54,141 nt of DNA, from the NCBI GenBank assembly GCA_023411775.1, contig JAEYOL010000040.1, positions 1 to 54,141 of the forward strand, in the 5' to 3' direction. The stretch comes from Bacteroidota bacterium (GTDB taxonomy: Bacteria; Bacteroidota; Bacteroidia; Chitinophagales; Chitinophagaceae). The notes under the pieces are model-generated. The model saw only the letters and a list, made by a program, of their open reading frames with translations, had not been told where the DNA came from and did no database searches. Shown here in pieces: positions 37,875 through 46,751 of the stretch (positions are counted from its first letter, which is position 1; each line of letters begins with the position of its first letter). The translations under genes and the position numbers were made by a program.

Positions 37875-39134
37875 ATGATAGGTATTCAAAAATATGGACG
37901 ATGGTTGGGGGTGATATCCATTCTTGTCATTTCTGTGTTTTTGTTAACCAAATGTATCAGTAGTGGTAAAGATAAAGACCAACAAGATCCAGGCGAGGAC
38001 GCAAGTGGAAGGAAGGTGAACTTCAGCCAGTTTACCGGTTCTGCCGTTTGCGCGGGCTGCCACCAGGATATATATGAAAAACATTTAAAGACCGGCCATT
38101 TTCTTACATCACAACCCGCGCTGGAAGAATATATCCGCGGTCATTTTGAGCCAGGGAAAAACGAATTTGTATATAGCCCCTTGACGAAAGTGGTGATGGA
38201 AAAACGTGATAGCGGGTTTTACCAGGTTGTGTACCAGGCTGGCCGGGAGAAAATGGCACTAAGGTTTGATATTGTAACTGGCTCGGGCGCAAAAGGCCAG
38301 TCTTACCTGTACTGGTCAAACAATCGCCTTTTTCAAATGCCGCTTACTTACTATTCTATCGCCGATCAGTGGGCGAACAGCCCCGGCTTCCCGCATAAGG
38401 TTGTGCTGAACCGCCCTATCACATCCCGCTGCCTGGAATGCCATGCCACCTATGCAGAGCTAGTTTCTGAGCCGGGTAAAGAGCCCGAGGAGTTTGATCG
38501 CAATAAAATGCTGTTCGGAGTGGATTGTGAAAAATGCCATGGTCCGGCGGCAGGACATGTTGAATTTCATACAGCCAATCCCGGCGGAAAACAGGCGCGG
38601 CAAATCATCAACCCGGCTTCCCTGACGCGTCAGCAAAACCTGGATCTCTGCGGCATGTGTCATGGTGGTGCCTTAAAAAAAACAAAGCCATCATTTGGGT
38701 TTGTGGCAGGTGATTCCCTGGCTGATTTTTTCGAACTAAAAGATCTTGCAAACGCCACACCTACATTTGACAATATCGATGTTCATGGCAACCAAATGGG
38801 GTTGCTGAAGGCAAGTAAATGTTTTACCCAAAGCAATATGACCTGCAACAGTTGTCATAGCAGCCATGAAAATGAAAGAGGAAACAAAAGGCTTTTTTCC
38901 CAGCGGTGTATGAGCTGCCATAAGCCTGATCATGATAATTTTTGTAAAATGGCCCCAGGCCTCGGGACTACTATTACCAGCAATTGTATCGATTGTCACA
39001 TGCCATTACAACGATCCAGGGCTATTACACTCGACCTTCCAGGTTTAGAGGTGCCCGTGGCCGCATCTGTGCGTTCGCACTTTATAAGCATTTACCCCGA
39101 TGAGGTAAGAAAGTTTTTAAACGAAAAGAAATAG
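37875..39134 (+). CDS. Multiheme c-type cytochrome (7 CxxCH), membrane-anchored
   Basis: CAGCH, CLECH, CEKCH, CGMCH, CNSCH, CMSCH and CIDCH, with an N-terminal hydrophobic helix ending LTKC. Start uncertain (37809 or 37875). Confidence 0.85.
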   Translation: MIGIQKYGRWLGVISILVISVFLLTKCISSGKDKDQQDPGEDASGRKVNFSQFTGSAVCAGCHQDIYEKHLKTGHFLTSQPALEEYIRGHFEPGKNEFVYSPLTKVVMEKRDSGFYQVVYQAGREKMALRFDIVTGSGAKGQSYLYWSNNRLFQMPLTYYSIADQWANSPGFPHKVVLNRPITSRCLECHATYAELVSEPGKEPEEFDRNKMLFGVDCEKCHGPAAGHVEFHTANPGGKQARQIINPASLTRQQNLDLCGMCHGGALKKTKPSFGFVAGDSLADFFELKDLANATPTFDNIDVHGNQMGLLKASKCFTQSNMTCNSCHSSHENERGNKRLFSQRCMSCHKPDHDNFCKMAPGLGTTITSNCIDCHMPLQRSRAITLDLPGLEVPVAASVRSHFISIYPDEVRKFLNEKK

Positions 39135-39262
39135 GAGGGTAGGGGCTCCGCTCTGCTATGATTCTTACCGCCTGTCAATTACTACGAATTTTTTCGTTGA
39201 AACTGGTGTAAATTAATGCTGGTTGAATTTTCACATTTACTGCTAACACTCAAACCTATTTT

Positions 39263-39601
39263 ATGCGGCTGCTTATTCTATTCTGTCTCGTGCTACCATG
39301 TATATCTAATGCGCAGGTCAACCGGTCGGCCAGCGAATTTGCGAAAGAAAAAATCCAGGAATATATTATCACCAAAATATTCACCGAAGGTGAGTACAAA
39401 CCTGTCTCATTTGGTGAACTGCAAACTCCTTCAGTTCCCGGCTGCCGTCATAACTGGTCCATGTTACACCAGTTTGAGATCGTTGATTCGCAATATGTCT
39501 CCAATAAACGAAGAGCCGTTCACACACCCTATTATTTTTCTTTTTACCTCGACAAAAAGCTAAACGTCATGAGTGCTGAAAGGTTTTTGGTCGAGAATTA
39601 G
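39263..39601 (+). CDS. Hypothetical secreted protein
   Basis: 112-aa ORF with signal peptide MRLLILFCLVLPCISNA. Confidence 0.6.
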   Translation: MRLLILFCLVLPCISNAQVNRSASEFAKEKIQEYIITKIFTEGEYKPVSFGELQTPSVPGCRHNWSMLHQFEIVDSQYVSNKRRAVHTPYYFSFYLDKKLNVMSAERFLVEN

Positions 39602-39613
39602 AGAAGTAAATCA

Positions 39614-40945
39614 TTACAACAGAAAAAGCGTCAGCAACCAGGTGATCAGGATTGCGGTTAGTCCCATCAACAGGGTTGCAACGGTATACGCTTTGAGCAT
39701 CGCTTTCATAGGAATGCCTGAAAACTTTGCGATCACCCAGAAATAAGAATCGTTGGCATGGGAAACGACCATCGAACCGGCTCCCAGGGCCAATACACAA
39801 AGTATTTTACCATTTTCTGAATCCAGTCCAAGAACAGGTAGTAATGGTAATATGATGGATGCCGCTGTTATGATCGCTACCGTTGATGAACCCTGGGCAG
39901 TTTTCAGGATAAATGCCAGTACAAAAGGAAAGAAAATACCGATCGTACTCAGGATAGGCAATGTGGCGAGATGATCGCCAAGATTTGTCGATGCCAATAT
40001 CGCCCCAAAAGCTCCGCCCGCGCCTGTGATCAAAAGGATAGTCCCCGCTTTTTCCAGGGCATCATGTAGTAGCTGGTTGATACGGTTTTTGGGCCAGTGT
40101 TTTTTGGCGGTGATCGCCAGTAGTACGGCTATCAGTAGTGCAATGACAGGATCGCCGAGGGCCAGTAAATTTTTCATCCATCCTGAAGAAGCAAAGGGCA
40201 TATCAATAAAAACAGAACGCAGGGCAATGAGGACGATGGGAACTATCACTGGTAAAAATGCCCTTGTGACGGACGGAAGTGACTCATTTTCTTCTTTAAT
40301 CTCTTCATCATCTGTACCGATTGGTTCCATCTTTTTTCCTGCGTGTTTTGCCCACCAATGTCCTATAAGCATTACGGGGAATGCTATGATGATACCAAAC
40401 AGGATCAGTTTGCCGATATCAGCACCGATAGTGCCGGCAGCCGCGGCAGCGCCGGGATGTGGTGGCAACAAACAATGTACTGCATAAAGTCCTGAAGCCA
40501 GCGACACACTCATGATCACGGCCGAAATACCCGTTCGCCTTATCATAGATTTATTAAGACCACTTAAGACAATGAATCCCGAATCACAAAACACCGGCAA
40601 CCCAACAACAAAGCCTGTAAGACTTAAAGCCAATGGCGCATTTTTTTCACCTGATTTTTTTAGAATATAGGCGGCCATCACCCGGGTACTGCCGGTCTGC
40701 TCGAGTAATAAACCCAGCAGTGTGCCCAACACGATTAGAAAGCCCAGCGACTGCATGGTGTTCCCAAATCCTTTTTTGGAAGCTGCGATCAGGTCGGGAA
40801 GTGATAGTTCGACACCGATACCTGTGACAAGACATGCGACCAGGAGCGCGAAAAAAGCGGGTAGCTTTGACCGGGTGGTAAGCCAAATGATCACTGCAAT
40901 ACCTGCCAGCATGGCGATGATGATCTGCAGGAGGGAAGCGTTCAT
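39614..40945 (-). CDS. GntP family permease
   Basis: PVFCDSGF, PPHPG, AQGSSTVA and SHANDSYFW. Confidence 0.9.
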   Translation of the reverse strand: MNASLLQIIIAMLAGIAVIIWLTTRSKLPAFFALLVACLVTGIGVELSLPDLIAASKKGFGNTMQSLGFLIVLGTLLGLLLEQTGSTRVMAAYILKKSGEKNAPLALSLTGFVVGLPVFCDSGFIVLSGLNKSMIRRTGISAVIMSVSLASGLYAVHCLLPPHPGAAAAAGTIGADIGKLILFGIIIAFPVMLIGHWWAKHAGKKMEPIGTDDEEIKEENESLPSVTRAFLPVIVPIVLIALRSVFIDMPFASSGWMKNLLALGDPVIALLIAVLLAITAKKHWPKNRINQLLHDALEKAGTILLITGAGGAFGAILASTNLGDHLATLPILSTIGIFFPFVLAFILKTAQGSSTVAIITAASIILPLLPVLGLDSENGKILCVLALGAGSMVVSHANDSYFWVIAKFSGIPMKAMLKAYTVATLLMGLTAILITWLLTLFLL

Positions 40946-41083
40946 ATAAACAAGATAGTTGACTATGAGGAAAATTTGAAAATTTGTTCAGGGATTATAC
41001 CCTGGCAATACTAGTTGAATAGTAAGTCTGCGTAATCATCCACTGAACTTCTGCGGTATTTGTTATAAACTTGTCATTCAAAG

Positions 41084-42229
41084 ATGACCAGCAAATCAAA
41101 TAGTGATCAGCAAAAAAAAGTTACTTCTTTACATGAGCTGGCCATGTTATTTCTAAAACTCGGTTGTATTGGATTTGGCGGGCCTGCCGTACATATCGCC
41201 ATGATGGAGGAAGAAGTGGTTCGAAAAAGATCCTGGATGAGTCACGAGCATTTTCTTGACCTGGTGAGTGCTACCAATTTGATTCCTGGCCCCAATTCCA
41301 CTGAAATGACCATGCATATCGGGCATGAAAGAGCAGGTTGGAAAGGCCTGGTAGTGGCGGGTAGTTGTTTTATTGTTCCTGCAGTATTGATCACGGCCTG
41401 CTTTGCCTGGGCATATCAGCGGTATGGCCAACTGCCTAATGTATTACCCTTTATTTACGGCATTAAACCAGCTATAATTTCTGTGGTACTCGTAACCATG
41501 ATCGCGCTTGGTCGCAAAGCTTTAAAGTCAGCACAATTGGGCGTGATCGGTGTTTTGGCGGCTGCGGCCGTGTTGATGGGTATAAATGAAATTTTTGTTT
41601 TGTTTGGTGCCGGGCTGATTGGTATCCTATTGTATTGGATGAAAGGAAACAGACTCCACGGAATTTTTCCATTTTTTTTCCTACAGACTGCACATCCGCT
41701 TTTAGAGGCGAACTGGCCCCGGGTTTTTGTGATCTTTTTAAAGATTGGGGCGATACTCTATGGAAGCGGGTATGTATTGTTCGCCTTCCTGGATGCGGAA
41801 CTGGTAAACCGTGGATGGCTTAGCAAACAAGAGCTGATCGATGCCATAGCAGTAGGGCAGTTTACACCAGGGCCTGTATTCTCATCGGCTACGTTTATTG
41901 GATGGCAAATAGGGGGTGCCGATGCAGCTATAGCCGCAACTATAGGGATCTTCCTTCCTTCATTTTTATTTGTCGCCCTTCTGAATCCTATTATCCCCAG
42001 GCTTCGCAGTTCAAAGATCATGTCGGTGTTTCTCGACACGATTAATATTGCCGCCGTGGCCATCATTCTTTCCATTTTGGTGGAAATGGGACGAGAGACC
42101 CTGTTGGACTGGAGAACCATACTAATTGCGGCGCTAAGCTTTATCGCGACGTTTTATTTTAAGAAGATCAATACGGCGTTCATCATTATAGGTGGCGCCG
42201 CATTGGGATATCTTTTGTGGTTGCTTTAA
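41084..42229 (+). CDS. chrA: Chromate efflux transporter (long-chain CHR)
   Basis: Two CHR halves: GFGGP..IPGPNS and YGSG..TPGPVF. Confidence 0.9.
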   Translation: MTSKSNSDQQKKVTSLHELAMLFLKLGCIGFGGPAVHIAMMEEEVVRKRSWMSHEHFLDLVSATNLIPGPNSTEMTMHIGHERAGWKGLVVAGSCFIVPAVLITACFAWAYQRYGQLPNVLPFIYGIKPAIISVVLVTMIALGRKALKSAQLGVIGVLAAAAVLMGINEIFVLFGAGLIGILLYWMKGNRLHGIFPFFFLQTAHPLLEANWPRVFVIFLKIGAILYGSGYVLFAFLDAELVNRGWLSKQELIDAIAVGQFTPGPVFSSATFIGWQIGGADAAIAATIGIFLPSFLFVALLNPIIPRLRSSKIMSVFLDTINIAAVAIILSILVEMGRETLLDWRTILIAALSFIATFYFKKINTAFIIIGGAALGYLLWLL

Positions 42230-42248
42230 TTACATACCCGGCGTTGTA

Positions 42249-42797
42249 TTACCTCGGTGAAGTGCTAACATTCCAGTTTACATTGATGCCATGTTTTTCT
42301 GCATACGGCTTACCCGCTGCTGTTAGTTTTTCGTGAAGGTCATAAAAACCAGGGTAATATTTTTCTTCAATGGATCTTGTATATGCCTCGATGGTTTCTT
42401 TTGGAGACTCTTCATCATAGAGTCGGGCCAGTTCCATATATTCTTTTTTATATACGGGGAGCACATAATCGTACAAGGCACGCGATGCCTTCAACACTTC
42501 ACGGTTATCCTCATTCTCGGTCAGGTTTTTTAGTTTCGAATAATTCGCTTCAAGCGACTGGATCTTTATATTTATCAATTCAGCTCTTTTCATGGGGACT
42601 ACTTTATCCTTAGTGCCTGCCACCAGTTTTACGGAAGGACTTTCCAGCTCCATTTCCACGGCCCTGCCCGCAAACCCATGCATCAAATTCGTATTAAGTA
42701 TTGCAAGTCCAAAAGTCTTTTCGGGGTTGTCTGTGTTGCAGGATACGAGTGAACCGGCGCTGGCGATAAACAGGATGGCAAGAAATATTTTTTGCAT
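42249..42797 (-). CDS. Hypothetical lipoprotein
   Basis: Lipobox LVSC followed by a helical 182-aa ORF. Confidence 0.7.
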   Translation of the reverse strand: MQKIFLAILFIASAGSLVSCNTDNPEKTFGLAILNTNLMHGFAGRAVEMELESPSVKLVAGTKDKVVPMKRAELINIKIQSLEANYSKLKNLTENEDNREVLKASRALYDYVLPVYKKEYMELARLYDEESPKETIEAYTRSIEEKYYPGFYDLHEKLTAAGKPYAEKHGINVNWNVSTSPR

Positions 42798-42918
42798 GGT
42801 GATTTGTTTGAAATAAAGTTAGGAAGCCGGGTTTTTTCATATAAAAAAATATTGCAATTGGTTACTTTTTTTGAGCAAATGGGGAGGTTTACATCAAACA
42901 TGCGCCTCTGGCCTGGAT

Positions 42919-42949
42919 TTCTCCACAATCTTCCTTTCCCTGTGGATAA
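42919..42949. promoter_or_regulatory. Pair of DnaA-box-like sites upstream of parE
   Basis: TTCTCCACA (42919-42927, 1 mismatch) and TGTGGATAA (42941-42949, perfect reverse TTATCCACA). Confidence 0.5.
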
Positions 42950-43104
42950 CTGGGTTGTCACGGATTCGGGCAGCCCATCTTTATTTGCAATCCGCTAAAT
43001 TCGCGGACTGGGAATAAAACGGATTATCGGGGTCCAACTCCCAATTTGGTTTAATACCACCCTGATAATCAATATGTCCACCCAAACAAGGTAATAGGTG
43101 AGCC

Positions 43105-45024
43105 ATGGCTAAAGCAAAAGAAAAGGAATCAGCAAAGAACCCTAAAGACACTAACCTTTTTGATTATACCGAAGACAGTATCAAAAGTCTCGACTGGAAA
43201 GAACATATCCGTCTGCGGCCGGGTATGTATATCGGAAAACTTGGAGACGGCAGCAGTCCCGACGATGGTATTTATGTACTGGTGAAGGAGGTGATGGATA
43301 ACTGCATCGACGAGTATACGATGGGTTATGGTAAAACCGTTGAATTGAAAATTGAGGGTAAGACAGTATCTGTGCGTGACTTCGGACGCGGCATTCCGCT
43401 GGGCAAAGTGGTGGATGTGGTGAGCAAGATCAATACCGGCGCCAAGTATGATAGTAAAGCGTTTCAGAAATCGGTGGGTCTGAATGGCGTGGGTACAAAA
43501 GCTGTAAATGCGCTTAGCAACTATTTTAAGGTTACCGCGTTTCGCGAAGGCAAGGAGAAAACAGCCGAATTTGAACGCGGCGTTCTGATCAAAGAACATA
43601 AGGAAGGTAAAAGCGGCGAGCAGAACGGTACGATGGTGACCTTTATCCCGGACGACACCGTTTTTAAGAACTTTAAGTTCCACCCCGAATTTCTCGAAAA
43701 CCAGATATGGAATTATTGCTTCCTCAATGCCGGTCTGAAGATCATCTTCAACGGCAAAACCTTTGTGAGTAAGAATGGTTTGCTCGACCTGCTGCAGCGT
43801 AAAACCAATGAGGACGAAATACGTTACCCGATCGTACACATGACGGGCGACGATATCGAAGTGGCCATTACCCATAACAACGACTACGGCGAGGATATTT
43901 ACAGCTTTGTGAACGGTCAGCATACGACGCAGGGCGGTACGCACCAGCAGGCTTTCCGCGAGGCATATGTAAAAACCATCCGCGACTTTTACAAGAAAGA
44001 TTATGACGCTTCTGATATACGTACCGGTATTGTAGCTGCGATTTCTGTAAGAGTGATCGAACCGGTATTCGAAAGCCAGACAAAAACAAAACTGGGCTCT
44101 CAATACGTGGAAGAAGGTGGTAAAAGCATGAGGCAGTTCATTGGCGATTTCCTTGCCAGGGAACTTGATAATTACCTTCACAAACATCCCGCTGTTGCGG
44201 ACGGTTTGCGTAAACGTATCGAGCAAAGTGAAAGAGAGCGTAAAGAACTGGCGGGCATCAAAAAGCTGGCGAACGAAAGAGCCAAAAAGGCTAACCTGCA
44301 CAATAAGAAATTGCGTGATTGCCGCATACACCTAAATGATGAACCACCCACAAAAGGGAAAGAGGATTTCATCGCGAAGCAGGCTGAGACTACAATATTT
44401 ATTACCGAGGGTGATAGCGCCAGCGGTTCCATCACCAAATCCCGTAACGTGGAAACCCAGGCAGTTTTTAGCCTTCGCGGTAAACCGCTGAATAGTTTTG
44501 GCCTGACCAAGAAAGTAGTATATGAAAACGAAGAGTTCAACCTGTTGCAACACGCGTTGAATATCGAAGATGGACTTGATGGACTGCGGTTCAATAATAT
44601 CGTGATTGCTACCGATGCCGACGTGGATGGAATGCATATCCGACTGCTGCTAATGACATTCTTCCTGCAGTTTTTCCCCGACCTGGTAAAGCATAACCAT
44701 GTACACGTACTTGAGACGCCGCTGTTCAGGGTGCGGAACAAACAGGAAACAATTTATTGCTACAGCGAAGAAGAAAAAAACGCGGCCATTAGCAAACTGG
44801 GTGGCAAGCCAGAGATCACGCGGTTTAAAGGTTTGGGAGAGATATCGCCTGATGAGTTTGGCCGGTTTATCGGTCCGGAAATGAAAACCACCCTGATGAA
44901 CCTTGAGCAGGGCGACCATATACAGCAATTGCTGGAGTATTATATGGGTAAGAATTCGATGGAAAGGCAGGAGTTTATCATCAACAACCTGAGGGTAGAG
45001 TTGGATAAAGTTGAGGAAGCCTAG
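43105..45024 (+). CDS. parE: DNA topoisomerase IV subunit B
   Basis: [41 protein letters not shown] and RFKGLGE. Bacteroidota ParE-like, followed by the subunit A gene. Confidence 0.88.
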   Translation: MAKAKEKESAKNPKDTNLFDYTEDSIKSLDWKEHIRLRPGMYIGKLGDGSSPDDGIYVLVKEVMDNCIDEYTMGYGKTVELKIEGKTVSVRDFGRGIPLGKVVDVVSKINTGAKYDSKAFQKSVGLNGVGTKAVNALSNYFKVTAFREGKEKTAEFERGVLIKEHKEGKSGEQNGTMVTFIPDDTVFKNFKFHPEFLENQIWNYCFLNAGLKIIFNGKTFVSKNGLLDLLQRKTNEDEIRYPIVHMTGDDIEVAITHNNDYGEDIYSFVNGQHTTQGGTHQQAFREAYVKTIRDFYKKDYDASDIRTGIVAAISVRVIEPVFESQTKTKLGSQYVEEGGKSMRQFIGDFLARELDNYLHKHPAVADGLRKRIEQSERERKELAGIKKLANERAKKANLHNKKLRDCRIHLNDEPPTKGKEDFIAKQAETTIFITEGDSASGSITKSRNVETQAVFSLRGKPLNSFGLTKKVVYENEEFNLLQHALNIEDGLDGLRFNNIVIATDADVDGMHIRLLLMTFFLQFFPDLVKHNHVHVLETPLFRVRNKQETIYCYSEEEKNAAISKLGGKPEITRFKGLGEISPDEFGRFIGPEMKTTLMNLEQGDHIQQLLEYYMGKNSMERQEFIINNLRVELDKVEEA

Positions 45025-45107
45025 CTTGAAGAGTATAAATAGTTATTGAAATAACGAACGCAATTGACGGTTCCTGCATCAGTATTTCGGATCGGCTGTA
45101 AAATAAA

Positions 45108-45866
45108 ATGAAAAGAAAAATAAAGTCACTCTTATTCAGACTGCTTGGGGAAGAACGGTACTTAAAGGTGCTGAATAAAGGCTTTTTTTTTATGTACAAC
45201 ACGGGCCTGCTCAAATCGGATGATGCATATAAATATCATTACTTCGCCAGGCAGTTGATAAAGGAGGGAGATCTTGTAGTAGATATAGGGGCCAACCTTG
45301 GATATTATACCAAATTGTTTTCAAAATGGGTTGGGGATAACGGGAAAGTGATCGCAATCGAACCAGTACCCTTGTATACAAGGATCATCCGGTGGACTTG
45401 CAGGAACAGAAAAAATATTACGCTGTTCCCATATGCGCTCGGAACAGAAAATAAAAAAGTACACCTCGTAACACCGGATCATTTTGGATACCTCCGCACC
45501 GGCTTACCGCAGGTGTATGATGAGAAAAACAACAAAGCACTCCATGAATACGAGTTTTCATTCGAGGCGGAAATGAAAAAAGCATATGAGTTGTTTGATG
45601 GTTTTGATAAGATCGACTACCTGAAATGTGATATCGAGGGTTATGAGCGGGTGGTGATACCGGAAATATTACCGGTATTAAGCAAATTAAAACCCACCAT
45701 CCAGATTGAAACAAACGGCGAGAACAGAACGTTCATTGAATCATTGCTAAGCAGTGCCGGTTTTGAAAAATATTATGTGGAGGGATCAGTGTTAAAAAAA
45801 GTAACGACAGGTCAGAATGAACCGGAAGGCGACCTGATTTTTATACATAAAGAAAAAGCAGTATGA
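45108..45866 (+). CDS. FkbM family methyltransferase
   Basis: VDIGANLG, IEP and KCDIEGYE. Confidence 0.88.
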   Translation: MKRKIKSLLFRLLGEERYLKVLNKGFFFMYNTGLLKSDDAYKYHYFARQLIKEGDLVVDIGANLGYYTKLFSKWVGDNGKVIAIEPVPLYTRIIRWTCRNRKNITLFPYALGTENKKVHLVTPDHFGYLRTGLPQVYDEKNNKALHEYEFSFEAEMKKAYELFDGFDKIDYLKCDIEGYERVVIPEILPVLSKLKPTIQIETNGENRTFIESLLSSAGFEKYYVEGSVLKKVTTGQNEPEGDLIFIHKEKAV

Positions 45867-46714
45867 TACATATCGTTTTTAACGAACAGGAAGTAGATCT
45901 GATGAAGCAGGTGATTGAACTGGATGAAACACTTGCCGGGGAAGTATTGCAGATAAAGGATGACTATGCCGTGGGTCCCCTCGCAGGCATCGATACCGAA
46001 GAGGGCTGGCAGACAAGATACAACTGGTGGATGGGATTAATAGAGCATTCACAATATGCAGGCTCAAATACAGTAAAGTTTGACGATCGCGAGACGGTCA
46101 GGCAGATCAAAGAAAAACTGGATACCGACCCGGCCGAACAGGTATGGATATGGATGGGACAAAATCAGCATGACGTGACAGGTTATTTTTGGCTGATGTC
46201 TCAGTTTGGCGATTATGCGGGCCGGATCATGATCTTATACCTCAACAACCTGCCATTTATCAACGAAAAAGGTCAGATATTTTATCCCTCCTGGTTGAGC
46301 GAAATTCAACCGAAGGAGTTTCTCAAAGCTAAAAAGCTGGCACGACCGATCACGCTGAGCGAATTTGAAGTTGATCCCGATGAGTGGAAAAGGCTGGTGG
46401 AGGAAAATAGCATGGTGAGGATGCTGGAAGGAGGAAAAAAAATCGCCGGCAAGGATGAAACATTTTACGATAACGAAATTCTCAAAAACCTGACCGGCGA
46501 ATGGCAAAAAGCCAACCGTGTACTGACCAATACCCTAAACCGGATGAAAATTAAAACCGGTGATGTATTCCTGATGTGGCGTATGAAACAGCTTATCGCA
46601 GAAGGAAAAATTGAAATGACCGGCGATATAAATAAGGGCTGGAAAGATTTTGATGTGAAGCTGTCGGGTGAAAAAAGCAAAGTGGAAGCACAGGGGGAGC
46701 AGGAAGCCGTATAA
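45863..46714 (+). CDS. DUF1835/DUF3658-like protein
   Basis: MIHIVF, DDYAVGPL, R..W, W..L..EN..R and GD.FL.WR. Overlaps the FkbM gene stop (ATGA). Confidence 0.7.
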   Translation: MIHIVFNEQEVDLMKQVIELDETLAGEVLQIKDDYAVGPLAGIDTEEGWQTRYNWWMGLIEHSQYAGSNTVKFDDRETVRQIKEKLDTDPAEQVWIWMGQNQHDVTGYFWLMSQFGDYAGRIMILYLNNLPFINEKGQIFYPSWLSEIQPKEFLKAKKLARPITLSEFEVDPDEWKRLVEENSMVRMLEGGKKIAGKDETFYDNEILKNLTGEWQKANRVLTNTLNRMKIKTGDVFLMWRMKQLIAEGKIEMTGDINKGWKDFDVKLSGEKSKVEAQGEQEAV

Positions 46715-46751
46715 ATATTTATCACATTCTCCAACAAGCGTGTTTTAAGAA

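Noticed and set aside
36466..42797. Genomic island or mobile element carrying chrA, gntP and the cytochrome gene
   Set aside because: No integrase, transposase, flanking direct repeats or adjacent tRNA. It looks like ordinary variable gene content.
42919..42949. Replication origin
   Set aside because: Only two DnaA-like boxes, no evident unwinding element and no dnaA/gidA context.
43129..44331. 400-aa antisense ORF inside parE
   Set aside because: It is a codon-register shadow of a conserved gene with no recognisable motifs. The same applies to 29692-30351, 35089-35706, 47970-48539 and the other short overlapping ORFs.
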